Source: a virus | Direction: 5' to 3' (one strand) | IMG/VR virus record: IMGVR_UViG_3300036770_006330 | DNA: 64,000 bases | Shown: one piece after another, positions 35,948-46,187 of the stretch | Position numbering within the stretch: the stretch's first letter is position 1 | How the letters are laid out: each line of letters opens with the position of its first letter | The notes under the pieces: model-generated | Seen by the model: only the letters and a program-made list of their open reading frames with translations | Told to the model about the DNA's origin: nothing | Database searches by the model: none | Made by a program: the position numbers and the translations under genes

Positions 35948-35997
35948 TGACCCCCCAAGTGGTGTTCCGGACAGCATACTGTCCAGAATTGGAAATG

Positions 35998-36480
35998 TCA
36001 AAACTTTTTGTAGAGCCTCCAAAGCAGATTGCGCATTCGACCGCGCACAATCTCCCTGGGCGTAGAACCGCGAGAGTATTTATCAGCAAATCGATAAAGC
36101 GAGGACTGTGACAAATGAGCTACTTCATGGATGAGTTTTTGGTATTCGTCTGAATTGACGTAGTACTCCCAAACGTCTTCATCGAACGTTTCATACCGGT
36201 AGAACATATAGTCATCAAGAGCTGACTTATCGGCTACCAGCTCAGTGCGCCATCCCATCTTGCGCTCGACGCTATTTAGAACTTCAAATAGAGTTCCAGC
36301 CCCACCAAACTCATAGGCGTTCTTTACGAAGGTACCGATTACCTTGCTCTCAAAAAGCGATTTATGAAGCTCTGACATCGCCTCATTGATTTCCTCTTCC
36401 GAGACGTCAAGCTCTTCGTCCTCATTGAGGTCAGTCAGCTCTTCGTCATCATCCCAATCGCCAGATGATGCTTCAGACAT
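35998..36480 (-). CDS. Hypothetical protein with acidic N-terminus
   Basis: Sits in the operon between DUF932 and whiB. Confidence 0.7.
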   Translation of the reverse strand: MSEASSGDWDDDEELTDLNEDEELDVSEEEINEAMSELHKSLFESKVIGTFVKNAYEFGGAGTLFEVLNSVERKMGWRTELVADKSALDDYMFYRYETFDEDVWEYYVNSDEYQKLIHEVAHLSQSSLYRFADKYSRGSTPREIVRGRMRNLLWRLYKKF

Positions 36481-36484
36481 GTGT

Positions 36485-37510
36485 TTATGATACCACTGCG
36501 CGGTGGGCAAGCAACTTCTTTTGTGTGATTGACGACGTGTCGTCCATTGACGCAATAGCGCTGGATGTCGCGTCTACAGAACGATAGAAATCAAGATATT
36601 CGACGATTGAGTTGTAAAGGGACCACCCATTAAACCCGTATTTGGCGCCGTTGCGCTCGTTCATGTAAAGAGAGCGAACAATGTTGTTGACTTCTTCGCG
36701 ATTCTTTTTCTGACGTTCCGTCTCTCCGGACTCCTTGGGGAATACGGCGTTAATAACGGCATCGACTTTTGTGCCACCCATTGGCGCCTTGATTGACAAC
36801 ATTCTCTCTGCCTCGCGCGAAAATGACTGAGCCCAATTGATGGACATGTTGAGAACCTCTCGAGCGTCCTCAATTGCCGAATCAACGTTTCGAGTGTGGC
36901 GGGCAGTGAACACGCGGGCAGCGCTCTTAAGTCCAAGAATCACTGTGTTGTTACATACTGCGCGAATATCAGTATTCGCATAGCGAATTGGCCACACACC
37001 GTCGTGACCGGATGACACCACCAAATACCTATCAATCTTGTCGTTGACGCCCTTTGGGTCGATGACGAGACCGTCTAGTTCGACTGTTGCGAAGAACCTT
37101 GCGCCGCCGCGCAACACGCCGACAGTGTCCATTACGGCATCACCCTGAGATGCGCCAACAATTGCAAGCGCTCGCTCCATTACTTCTCGATTTTGGCGAA
37201 CTTCGTAGCGGGTGCCAACAGTGGCAAGTGGAGTAAAACTGCCATCTGCGTTCTGGCGAACAGTGGCGCGGCTGTCTTCAATCATCACAACGTTGTTCTC
37301 GTTATCGCGAATCAAATTGCCGTACTCATCTACTGCGGCCACCCGAGTAAGCACGACATCAAAGTCTGCATCTGCAGCCCTAAGCATTGCGTCCATGGTT
37401 TGCAATCCGGCCATGGGCGTGCCGAGGCGATGCCATGGAGCCTTTCGGTCGCCCCCAAGCGCATAAGCCATTCGAGCTTTGCCTTTATTTATCTCGATTT
37501 CGTGGGCCAT
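36485..37510 (-). CDS. DUF932 family phage/plasmid protein
   Basis: MAHEIE, PWHRLG, Y.VRQN, SGHDG, RAVCNNT, RHT, GWSLYNSIVEYLD. Confidence 0.88.
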   Translation of the reverse strand: MAHEIEINKGKARMAYALGGDRKAPWHRLGTPMAGLQTMDAMLRAADADFDVVLTRVAAVDEYGNLIRDNENNVVMIEDSRATVRQNADGSFTPLATVGTRYEVRQNREVMERALAIVGASQGDAVMDTVGVLRGGARFFATVELDGLVIDPKGVNDKIDRYLVVSSGHDGVWPIRYANTDIRAVCNNTVILGLKSAARVFTARHTRNVDSAIEDAREVLNMSINWAQSFSREAERMLSIKAPMGGTKVDAVINAVFPKESGETERQKKNREEVNNIVRSLYMNERNGAKYGFNGWSLYNSIVEYLDFYRSVDATSSAIASMDDTSSITQKKLLAHRAVVS

Positions 37511-37659
37511 TTCAATTCTCCTGGACCTACCTTACCACCGCTTTTGTTCGTGTAGGCTTCTGTTGTCGCGCAAGAAGCGTTCCAACTCTCGCCGGACATT
37601 GGACGAACTCCGCGATAGGGGGCCGCTCCCATCTCCGCAAGGATTGGGGGCGGCCTCTT

Positions 37660-37971
37660 CTATTTCTTGTCTGGATTAATAAGACCGTCGAGAACGTCTA
37701 ACGCGTATTGCGTGAACTCTTTGATTTCCTCAGGAACAGACATTCCGCTCGTTGGTTCCCACTGGATTTTCATCATGTGCTGAAGCACGCTGCGATTGTT
37801 TATCGTGTCTCCACGCTCAACGGCGATATAGCCATCACGACGCCAGGAAGCAACCCATACATCAGTTCCGTCCTCATATACGTCAACAACTACTTGGTGT
37901 GTGTCGTAATAAATCACAAGTTGCTCCCTATCAGCTCTCCAAGATAAATCATTGTAAACACGAACGCGCAA
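37660..37971 (-). CDS. Hypothetical protein (start uncertain)
   Basis: ORF fills the gap and is followed by a hairpin at about 37620-37656. Confidence 0.5.
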   Translation of the reverse strand: MRVRVYNDLSWRADREQLVIYYDTHQVVVDVYEDGTDVWVASWRRDGYIAVERGDTINNRSVLQHMMKIQWEPTSGMSVPEEIKEFTQYALDVLDGLINPDKK

Positions 37972-38008
37972 AACGCAAACCCGCTAAGAATCGCACGACC
38001 TGCCTGCT

Positions 38009-38374
38009 TCATCGATTGTCTCCGCTGCCACCAAGCACTCCACGCTGAGCTCGAAATTCGAGCTTGTAATAGTTCTCTGCGAGTATTTCGCTCATATCTA
38101 CACCTATTTCAGATGCGAAAGCGGCTACATACCACACGACATCTCCAAGCTCCTTCAAAAGCGCCAGTTTTGCATCGTCAGAAAATGCCCCTGCGCTGTC
38201 GCGAATTACCTTTTTTACGATGCTCGCAACTTCTCCAGCCTCGGACGCGAGCCCAAGTGAGAGATAGTTGTAGGCGTGTTCGCGTGGGTAAATTACGAAC
38301 TGCTCAATCTTCTGTTGGTAATCGTCTATGTTGTCGATTGAGCGATACTCATTCTGTTCCTCTATGCGCTCCAT
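38009..38374 (-). CDS. MazG-like NTP pyrophosphohydrolase
   Basis: LGLASEAGEVA...KELGDVVWY...N..KL..R...GSGDNR. Confidence 0.9.
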   Translation of the reverse strand: MERIEEQNEYRSIDNIDDYQQKIEQFVIYPREHAYNYLSLGLASEAGEVASIVKKVIRDSAGAFSDDAKLALLKELGDVVWYVAAFASEIGVDMSEILAENYYKLEFRAQRGVLGGSGDNR

Positions 38375-38643
38375 TGCTGACCAGTCACTTTCTCGGCCTC
38401 TAATAATGATTCAATGAATTCAGAGACTGCTTGATGGAACTCATTGACTTTCATATTCTTTCGTAAGCCTTTCACAATTCCAACATTCTGGAGTCTTTTT
38501 ATAAGAATTTCGTTTTCTGATGAAGTGCCAACGTATATTATGATTTGGTCCCCACCATCCCATTTGGCATACCAAACTCTTGTTCCGTCACCATATTGGT
38601 CATACTCATAAACTTCGTATGTTTTTGCGCCTTTAATTGCCAC
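38362..38643 (-). CDS. Hypothetical protein
   Basis: GGAG RBS and GTG start. Confidence 0.6.
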   Translation of the reverse strand: MAIKGAKTYEVYEYDQYGDGTRVWYAKWDGGDQIIIYVGTSSENEILIKRLQNVGIVKGLRKNMKVNEFHQAVSEFIESLLEAEKVTGQQWSA

Positions 38644-38711
38644 GTTTTCTCCAGTTGCAATTGTGTTGGGAAATCATTACAATGAGTGACACTACTAGAA
38701 GGGATAACTAA

Positions 38712-39128
38712 ATGCAAACGTTCGTACCTTACGATTCATTCACCAAGTCGGCTGAATGCCTCGACTATCGCCGCCTCGGCAAACAGCGCGTTGAGACTCT
38801 GCAGATTCTCAAGAGCCTGACCATTCCTGGCTATGGGTGGTCGAACCATCCGGCGACCAAGATGTGGGAAGGACATGTGAACGGTCTCTGCGCCTACGGA
38901 ATCGATATCTGCAAGAACTGGATTGCACGTGGATACAACGACACCTGCCTCCAGAAAATGATGGACATCATCGACCCAGATTGGAATGACCTGCCCGCAT
39001 GGTGGGGAGACGACAATGTTCACGCCAGCCACCGAGCTAATTTGCTTCGCAAGCTTCCGGAGCACTATGCTCAATTCGGATGGAACGAGGACCCCTCACT
39101 GCCGTACGTTTGGCCTACATTGGTCTAA
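38712..39128 (+). CDS. Pyrimidine-dimer DNA glycosylase-like protein (MSMEG_6728 / T4 DenV-related family)
   Basis: MQTF.P...LDYRRLGKQRVETLQI...W.NHPA..MW.G...SHRANLLRK...YVWP. Confidence 0.85.
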   Translation: MQTFVPYDSFTKSAECLDYRRLGKQRVETLQILKSLTIPGYGWSNHPATKMWEGHVNGLCAYGIDICKNWIARGYNDTCLQKMMDIIDPDWNDLPAWWGDDNVHASHRANLLRKLPEHYAQFGWNEDPSLPYVWPTLV

Positions 39129-39217
39129 TCGTGCTAGCGACTACTGCTGTTAGCTATGTAATGCTAACCGCGTTGGCGATACGGAATATGTATCGTCGAA
39201 TATCCCGCTAATCACTC

Positions 39218-39290
39218 GGGCTAGTAGCTCAGTGGTTAGAGCAGCACTCTTATAAAGTGTTGGTCGCGGGTTCAATTCCCGTCTAGCCCA
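39218..39290 (+). tRNA. tRNA-Ile(TAT)
   Basis: GGGCTAGTAGCTCAGTGGTTAGAGCAGCACTCTTATAAAGTGTTGGTCGCGGGTTCAATTCCCGTCTAGCCCA; anticodon loop CT-TAT-AA. Confidence 0.9.
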
Positions 39291-39303
39291 CAAGGAGAAG
39301 AAA

Positions 39304-39495
39304 ATGAAACTTTGGAAAAAGAAACAAGACGAGCAGTTCATCACACTCGAAGAAGTGCAAAGCCTGATAGACGAAATGGTCGAGTATGGATTCGTCGAAA
39401 TATCCGACTACACAAAGAGCGGTGAGCCGCGCTATTCGGTAACCCCGCTTGGACGCATGGAGCTTGACTTGGCATTGGGGAATCTAAAGAAGTGA
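39304..39495 (+). CDS. Small hypothetical protein (wHTH-like)
   Basis: AAGGAG RBS; YSVTPLG motif. Confidence 0.6.
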   Translation: MKLWKKKQDEQFITLEEVQSLIDEMVEYGFVEISDYTKSGEPRYSVTPLGRMELDLALGNLKK

Positions 39496-40619
39496 CGCGA
39501 CAGCGCCTCTTTCTTGACATCAACTGTGTTGATGCCGCACGGGAGCGAATGCGCCATGTCTACGACACGTTCGACACGGTATGCGTGCAGTTCTCTGGCG
39601 GCAAAGATTCGACTGCGGTGCTCTACCTCGCTAAGGAAATACACGAAGAGCGTGGTCTTGGGCCTGTCAAGGTAATCTTCCGCGACGAGGAGATGGTGAG
39701 TCCGTCAGTTGTCAAGTTCGTAGAAAAGGTGCGCAACTACGACTGGGTCGACATGGAGTGGTACTGCCTTCCCTATGGGCAGGAGGTATGGGTGCTCGGA
39801 AGGCGGGAGTACTGCCTCATATGGAGCCCGTATAGGGCCTCAGAAGGCCGTCTCGTGCGCGAAATGCCTCCTTGGGCCATCAGGGCAGAGAACTTCGGTT
39901 TGGACCCTTCTAAAGTGCTCCCACAGTCTGTGGACTATTACACCATGCAGGGCAAGAAGGGGCGTGTTGCCTTCATCACCGGAGTCCGGGCAAACGAGTC
40001 GATGATTCGCTACCGCTCTTGCGTACAGAAACTGCATGAGAATTACATCGTTATTCCCTTCAAGATGAAAAAGAACATCCCTCTGCGGTTTGCAAAAGTC
40101 ATCTATGACTGGACGACCGACGATGTTCTCAAGTTCATTACGGAAGAGCACGGCGGCGAGTACTGCGAGTACTACGACATGGCGGCTATGACTGGTTCGA
40201 ATACTCGAGTTGGTATCCCGCTCCATGCGGTAGCAATTCGGCGCATTGGCGATGTGGTTGCAACCGAGCCGGAATTCTACGACCGCCTATACGAGTGCTT
40301 CCCACATATTGATGCGCAGCGACGCTGGTGGCCCGAGTATGACCTCGAGTCACGAATCATGCAATATGCATCAGATGGGTGGGACGGCATAAAGCGATGC
40401 ATTGAGGAGAATATGGCTACTCCTGGCCTGAAGAAACGAGCGATGGCTTTCTGTGCCGAGTTCCGCAAGAAGCACGCTCGCGACCCTCGCTCCTACCCGC
40501 TGCACTGGCTGGTAAGGAACTTGCTCATCCATGAGTTCAACATAACTTCAGTAAACCCAATCGGACCCGGTACGCGCGCGTACACGGTGCAAATGGAGCA
40601 AGAAGCTCAAGAAGCCTGA
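39492..40619 (+). CDS. PAPS-reductase-like PP-loop protein (IbrA/DUF3440-like)
   Basis: FSGGKDS, FRDEE, GVRANES..R, IYDWTTDDV. Confidence 0.85.
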   Translation: MTRQRLFLDINCVDAARERMRHVYDTFDTVCVQFSGGKDSTAVLYLAKEIHEERGLGPVKVIFRDEEMVSPSVVKFVEKVRNYDWVDMEWYCLPYGQEVWVLGRREYCLIWSPYRASEGRLVREMPPWAIRAENFGLDPSKVLPQSVDYYTMQGKKGRVAFITGVRANESMIRYRSCVQKLHENYIVIPFKMKKNIPLRFAKVIYDWTTDDVLKFITEEHGGEYCEYYDMAAMTGSNTRVGIPLHAVAIRRIGDVVATEPEFYDRLYECFPHIDAQRRWWPEYDLESRIMQYASDGWDGIKRCIEENMATPGLKKRAMAFCAEFRKKHARDPRSYPLHWLVRNLLIHEFNITSVNPIGPGTRAYTVQMEQEAQEA

Positions 40620-40837
40620 GGCTTAGGCTTTTTCTTTTTTGCTGGCTTAACCGGCTTGTTGAGTATCGCAAGCTGCCGGTCACACTCGGCAATAATTTTG
40701 TCTTGCTTCTTTATCTCAGCTTCTAGTTTGGCAATCTCTCGGTCCAACTGAAGCATCTCGCGGTCCATCTGTCGAATCTCTGCTGCGAGCTGCTTGCCGA
40801 GGTCTGGTTTCTTTGGGGCTTGTTCTGGTTGTGTCAT
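40607..40837 (-). CDS. Coiled-coil hypothetical protein
   Basis: Heptad pattern with a basic tail. Confidence 0.55.
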   Translation of the reverse strand: MTQPEQAPKKPDLGKQLAAEIRQMDREMLQLDREIAKLEAEIKKQDKIIAECDRQLAILNKPVKPAKKKKPKPQAS

Positions 40838-40850
40838 GGAACCATCATAT

Positions 40851-41306
40851 CTAGATGTCGATGACATTGTTGCTGTTTGTTGCCATCCGTCTTGCCGTGT
40901 CGGCATCGAGAAACACCACCACATACGAGAGGTGTACGCCGTCCTCATCCTGCTCCATCACCACATCAACCGATTCTGCCGGTATGCCCAGATGGTTCGC
41001 TATCCCAGCCCTTGTGAAGCCAATCTGCTGCTCGGTGTATGCGACGTCCTCGGCAATATCATCTCGCCACACCTCCTCGATTGGCGGCTCGACTATCGTC
41101 GGACGAGCCAAACTGGCTAAAACCTTCTCTGCTTGTTCCGCCTGAACACAACCCAAACATGAGAGCTTCTCGGTGCTAGCGGCACGCTTCCTCGTCTCGA
41201 TGTGACCGCACTCAAGCTTGTGTAGGTACTGGACCTTGCTCCATTCGCCGGCCTTGATTATTTCCAGGACTTTGCGTTGAGGAGCTGCTTTGCGGTTATA
41301 TTCCAT
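40851..41306 (-). CDS. Hypothetical Zn-binding protein
   Basis: LECGH...CLGC. Confidence 0.65.
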   Translation of the reverse strand: MEYNRKAAPQRKVLEIIKAGEWSKVQYLHKLECGHIETRKRAASTEKLSCLGCVQAEQAEKVLASLARPTIVEPPIEEVWRDDIAEDVAYTEQQIGFTRAGIANHLGIPAESVDVVMEQDEDGVHLSYVVVFLDADTARRMATNSNNVIDI

Positions 41307-41610
41307 ACTTCTCGAGCTCGTAGTCAATGAAAGCCTCGAGGTGGAGGGCATCAACCAGCTCCATGACACTCATCATCCCGATGGGAGTCTGCAGCATGGT
41401 CTTCTCGAGCTGCTCGTATACAAACCTGTCTCCATGAGCCTCTACGGACATTGAGGCAATAATGAACGACTGAATCGCCTGCTTGCATGCGGGTACAAAC
41501 TCGGTCGATACGGGTGGATAGTGGTTCGAAACAAGGTGAATCTCTAGCGCCTGCTCATAGGAAATATCTCCGCTTAGCGATGCTGCGTCATACGCGCTCA
41601 GATATCCCAT
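41296..41610 (-). CDS. Hypothetical protein
   Basis: GGAGG RBS; HLVSNHYPPV ... HLEAF. Confidence 0.7.
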   Translation of the reverse strand: MGYLSAYDAASLSGDISYEQALEIHLVSNHYPPVSTEFVPACKQAIQSFIIASMSVEAHGDRFVYEQLEKTMLQTPIGMMSVMELVDALHLEAFIDYELEKYGI

Positions 41611-41688
41611 ATGTCCTCCGATATGCGGCGAAATGCCCATCCCAAAAACAAACCAGCTGTAGCAACTAGTGCTACGACAATGATTCCG

Positions 41689-43632
41689 TCACGCATTTTC
41701 TGATGCCAACCCTTCGGCAAGGAAGTTCATGACAATCTGCTCTGGTCCCACGGTCAGTTCTCCCTCAATTCCTTCGGTTGCTGCTTCAACGATAGTGCGC
41801 TTTGTTGCAATGAGCTCGAAAATCTCTTCATCGATGGTTCCGGAGGCGAGCATGTAGGTCGACATTACCGAGCCCTTCTGACCAATGCGGTGACAGCGAC
41901 TGTAGGTCTGGTCGACATCTGCCGGTGTCCACGGCAACTCAACGAACAATACGTCCTGCGCTGCGGTCAATGTGTGGCCGGTCTTTGCGGCCTGGATGGA
42001 CAACACAATGACCGGTGCTTCGTCGATATCGCCGGCCTGGAACTTCGCCTTGGCGTCCTCAACGTCCTCAACGCTCATGCCGCCCTGAATCTTAAGGCCG
42101 CAGTAGTGCTCGGCTATCGCGTCAACGATGTCGCGATGATGTGCGGCAACAACGACCTTGTCTCCGGTGGCAATCTTGGAATCAATCCACTCATATACGG
42201 ATTCCATCTTGGCTTTAGCGGCGAGTCGACGGAGTACGGATATTCGGACAAGATGCTCATTGGATTCGGCTTTGATTTTCGCCTGCACCGCAGCTGACCA
42301 AATCGGCTTCCCGAGTTCGAGTGCAATCTCGCGGGCTCGCTTAGTGATGTACTGAATGATGTCCTCACGAGCTTCGTTGTACTCCTTCATGGCTGCTGTT
42401 GTTCCGGTAACCACAACCCGCGAGTGTCGAACGGCCGGCAAATCCTCAAGCACCTGGTCCTTGGTTCGGCGGATATAGCAGGTGGCACGAAGAGTGTCAT
42501 TCAGTTCCTCGAGGTTTGTAGCGCCGTCAATATGCCACTGCCCGAAACGGTCACGAAAAGCTCCGCAGTAACGGCGGTAAAACCCCCACAATCCACCGAA
42601 CTTATTGAGCTGCCCAAGAATGTCTAACTGAGGACCAAACTCAGCGGGACGGTTGGTGATGGGCGTACCGGTCAAACACAGAACCAGGCCGTCGTCAGCG
42701 GCTGAACGCGCCATCTTGATTGCGGACTTTGTTCGTTTCGCTGTTGGAGTCTTTGCATAATGGCTTTCATCAAACACGTAGCTCTTGAAACCGAGAAGCG
42801 ACTTACACCAATGGTCAATGTTTGAATAGCCGACAACGAGTACATCCAACTGGCTGCGGTCGGGTAGCTCGGAACGATTTGCGACCACCTCAACTCGGCG
42901 ATGCGGCAACCACTTCGCGAACTCCTTCTTCCAGTTCAATACGAGCCCCGGAGGACAAACAATCAGAGCCGGATACGTGCCGGCGTACTCGAGCGCGCCA
43001 ATCGCCTGAATTGTCTTTCCGAGTCCCATGTCGTCGGCGATAAACGACCGTTTTGCGTTGACTGCATAGAGAATTCCAGCTTTCTGGTACGGCAGCAGGC
43101 TTCCTTGCAGGGTGGGTATGTCCAGTTCTGCGGTAACCGACTTCGCTGCCGCGAGGGTTTCCGTGCGCTGCCGCTCAATTTCATCAGCCATCTCAATGAG
43201 TTCTTGGTCTACGGGCTGGTTGAAACGGTCCGCCCAGAGGAGTGCATGCCGAATCGCCGTCAGCGGCGCCCGCCAGGCCTTTGCTTCTCCATCCCATGTG
43301 ATACCCGGGACTCCTTTGACCGCCTTAACGAGTACGGGTTCATAAGCGAAACTCAGGTACACCCAGTCGCCGTCTCGGTACACGCCCTTCGGGGAAAAAG
43401 CCCTGCGGGGGGTAGCAAACGTGAGTACGTCGGGGTCAATGTGAAAGTCATACTTCGCTGCGAACTGACGTGCTTCGTCAAGGCTGTGGATTGGCACACG
43501 CCAAACACGGCTCACCCTGTCCCATTTCGCACCTTGTATCCGCTTTATCTCGGCAACCCTGTCTGCGTCATAAGGGAAATCCAGCACCAGATGGTCGTTG
43601 GAGAGGGTCAGCGTCTCGGACATCCTGTTCAT
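41689..43632 (-). CDS. SNF2-family helicase with two HARP-like repeats (SMARCAL1-like)
   Basis: Two F.Y...K...G..WD....W.P repeats; LLPYQ, ADDMGLGKT, DESH, LTGTP, QTYSRCHRIGQ. Confidence 0.92.
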   Translation of the reverse strand: MNRMSETLTLSNDHLVLDFPYDADRVAEIKRIQGAKWDRVSRVWRVPIHSLDEARQFAAKYDFHIDPDVLTFATPRRAFSPKGVYRDGDWVYLSFAYEPVLVKAVKGVPGITWDGEAKAWRAPLTAIRHALLWADRFNQPVDQELIEMADEIERQRTETLAAAKSVTAELDIPTLQGSLLPYQKAGILYAVNAKRSFIADDMGLGKTIQAIGALEYAGTYPALIVCPPGLVLNWKKEFAKWLPHRRVEVVANRSELPDRSQLDVLVVGYSNIDHWCKSLLGFKSYVFDESHYAKTPTAKRTKSAIKMARSAADDGLVLCLTGTPITNRPAEFGPQLDILGQLNKFGGLWGFYRRYCGAFRDRFGQWHIDGATNLEELNDTLRATCYIRRTKDQVLEDLPAVRHSRVVVTGTTAAMKEYNEAREDIIQYITKRAREIALELGKPIWSAAVQAKIKAESNEHLVRISVLRRLAAKAKMESVYEWIDSKIATGDKVVVAAHHRDIVDAIAEHYCGLKIQGGMSVEDVEDAKAKFQAGDIDEAPVIVLSIQAAKTGHTLTAAQDVLFVELPWTPADVDQTYSRCHRIGQKGSVMSTYMLASGTIDEEIFELIATKRTIVEAATEGIEGELTVGPEQIVMNFLAEGLASENA

Positions 43633-43723
43633 CGTACACCTCGGTAGCCCCGTTGACCCAGCCAGCAAAACCCCGTCGGACATCTGGTGCGCCGTCGGAC
43701 ATCTGACGACCTGCTTCACGGGC

Positions 43724-43762
43724 AAAAGAAAACACCCACCCTTTCGGGTGGGTGCGTTCTTG
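43724..43762 (-). terminator. Terminator closing the early-cassette region
   Basis: Minus strand: CACCCACCC-GAAA-GGGTGGGTG followed by TTTTCTTTT. Confidence 0.85.
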
Positions 43763-43824
43763 GGGGTACTTCGTTGGTTAGAAGAGGAAAAAGGCGATTA
43801 CTATCGCCAGCGCAAGTGTTTGAG

Positions 43825-43947
43825 TCACTTCTCAACACCCCACGCTTCTTGTTTCCACTTCGCCCACTTCTCACGCTTCGTGTGTACCCAATCTCCGAGT
43901 GGGACACCGAAAACGACTGAGAGTAGTATCAGTTGATACAACTTCAT
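43825..43947 (-). CDS. 40-aa membrane-type peptide (below the ORF-track cutoff)
   Basis: MKLYQLILLSVVFGVPLGDWVHTKREKWAKWKQEAWGVEK, with its own promoter TTGACT-N18-TACTCT at about 43977-44006. Confidence 0.55.
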   Translation of the reverse strand: MKLYQLILLSVVFGVPLGDWVHTKREKWAKWKQEAWGVEK

Positions 43948-44482
43948 CTCGCTTCCCTTTCTAGTAGGTACTTTTCAGAGTAGCGAAATGACTAGTACTA
44001 AGTCAAGCACTCTTGTACCTCGTTCGTCAAGTTCGCTCAGGTGACTTCGGGCACTTGTGCCCCAGACAGCGCAAGCCGAGTTCGTGCGTTCAGGCGACCA
44101 CGCACAGCGTTCCCACCCAAACCGAGTTCGTCTGCCATCACCAGACCCGTTTCAGCCAGCGAAGACCAGATGCTGATGTCTTCCAACGGGGCTCTTGGGC
44201 GGCTGTCCCACACCATCTTCTTTTGACGGTGGCGGATGAACCCCGACGGGTCGCCTGTTTAGACAATGGGTCTGCAAAAAGCAAGTTGCTCGCACCAGCA
44301 TAATGTCTGGACTGAGGAGAAGTTTGGACTTAGTCCAACTCTGGACAGCATCCACGTTCCAACTGGGACTTGACCCCAGAAGCCCCGCCATCTGGAGTCG
44401 CACGGGGACTGAGTTGCCCTTCTGGGGTGTTTGGGGGCAAAGAAAAACCCCGCCGAGTGGGGGTATCTCGGCGGGGTAGTCC

Positions 44483-44674
44483 TTATTCGGGTTGTGTCGT
44501 CACTCCCGAGAGAGCCCACCACAAGCGGAACGCTTGCCCGTGAACCTCACGGAGAGTTTCGGTCACCTCTTGCTCAGGGCTCGCCTCAACGTAGTCCTGA
44601 ATGATGTTGGCGAGTTGTCGTGCGACGCTCGCAACATCCAAGAGAGTGACTGACGACTGAGTTGGCTCAGTCAT
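44483..44674 (-). CDS. Cassette gene, hypothetical (63 aa)
   Basis: GGAGG RBS with its own promoter and terminator. Confidence 0.7.
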   Translation of the reverse strand: MTEPTQSSVTLLDVASVARQLANIIQDYVEASPEQEVTETLREVHGQAFRLWWALSGVTTQPE

Positions 44675-44955
44675 TAGTACCTCCACCAAGCAGGATAGTG
44701 GGGTACAAGTGGGACAGCAAGCATTTCCCGTGTGTTTGCCGTCACATACCAGCGCAAACGGTTGGGAGAGCCGTCGTCGAGCCAGCCGGCTTCGAGCAAA
44801 CCGGCTTCGAGCAAACCGGATGGTCTTCTTGCGGGGCTTCCGATGTCCCATCATCTTCTTCTGACGGTGGCGGAAGAGCAGTTCGCCCGTTCGGGGGCAA
44901 CAAAAAAAGGGGGCAAGCGCACCTCATTGGTACGCCTGCCCCCTTTCAGGGGGTA

Positions 44956-45297
44956 CTACGGATAGCGAAGTTCTGACTTTTTACGGCGAGTGAACGTGAG
45001 TGGGCTGTTTTCTAGTTCCTTTGTAAGTTGCCAGCGCATTTTTGGCAGACAACCACGCAGGTACTTTTGTAGTCGGGCTACGGCGTAGAGGCGCATAGGG
45101 AATAATCCGTATGCCCACTCGGGTAGCTCGTCTTTATCGTTATCAACGATGACCCAATACGGCTTCACTTTTCCGTACTCAATGCGGTTCACACGCCGTA
45201 TTGAGTAGCGCACCTGATTTCGGTGCGAAGTGTCGCCACTTTCGGGCGCATCGTCGCATTGACCGAAGTCAAAACGGGGTACGCCTTCTGTTTCCAT
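44956..45297 (-). CDS. Cassette gene, hypothetical
   Basis: Leaderless ATG with a terminator downstream. Confidence 0.65.
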   Translation of the reverse strand: METEGVPRFDFGQCDDAPESGDTSHRNQVRYSIRRVNRIEYGKVKPYWVIVDNDKDELPEWAYGLFPMRLYAVARLQKYLRGCLPKMRWQLTKELENSPLTFTRRKKSELRYP

Positions 45298-45950
45298 AGA
45301 GGTCACTCTATCCCACTTATGCCCAATGAGCAAGTTTTAGTTTGTGACCCACGACACGTTTTCCTCGGTCACGACCCCAACCACCGAGAGTGACCGCCTA
45401 ACCACGCCTGTTTGTAAGGGTTGCCTAACTGTTAGGTGAGCCTTACGTTGATTTATCACTAAGCCAGCCAGACCACCAGCGATGTCGAGAACTCCTCGCC
45501 AGCTCTGGGCTTCGCCACGGGGCTTCAGAGGCGAACGCGTGAAGAACTCCCAGTCGCCGTCGGGGGGCGGGCGCAGCACGGGAACTTATCCAATAAACCG
45601 TTTGGTTGCGGGCACAACCATCTTGCTTCACCCAAAGAAGTTGCCAACATACCGAGTTGATGTCGGAAAGTCAATGTCCCAGATGGCGACGCACGTCCTT
45701 CTCGAGAAGACCTCAAGAGCCCCGCAACAAACCGCCATCAAACCGACGGTGGCGGAAGAAGGACAAAAAAAATCGGGCGCCCCCGTTGCTGGGAACGCCC
45801 GACTTCTTTGCTTGATTTCAGAACAGCACTAGTGCTACTAGAACTGCGACTGCAAGTGACTGAATCACGACAGGTGCTTCCTTTCTGCCGTTACGCGTTG
45901 TAGTGATAGGTGACGCGCGAGCGTACACGGTCTTTTGGGAAATGTCAACT

Positions 45951-46187
45951 TTAGACGGACTTCTCCAACTCTTTCGCCAGAACGACGAGCGAATCGTCGT
46001 TGTTTAGGCGCGAATGGAACACAATGCGCTTGATGAGAAGGCGTACTAGCCACTTCAGTTGAGCGTTCTCTGCGAGCAAGTCGTCGCGCTCAGTGTCGCG
46101 CTTTGACTTCTCCTCGTAGAACTTCGCCCAGCCGACCCGGCGTGACGCCTCAAGCCCTTGTATGACTTGAGTAGTGGTGGTTTTCAT
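45951..46187 (-). CDS. Cassette gene, hypothetical
   Basis: AGGAG RBS; TTGACA promoter upstream. Confidence 0.7.
   Translation of the reverse strand: MKTTTTQVIQGLEASRRVGWAKFYEEKSKRDTERDDLLAENAQLKWLVRLLIKRIVFHSRLNNDDSLVVLAKELEKSV

Noticed and set aside
44786-44820. Tandem duplication CCGGCTTCGAGCAAA x2
   Set aside because: Real but local, probably slippage; treated as part of the site-rich linker.
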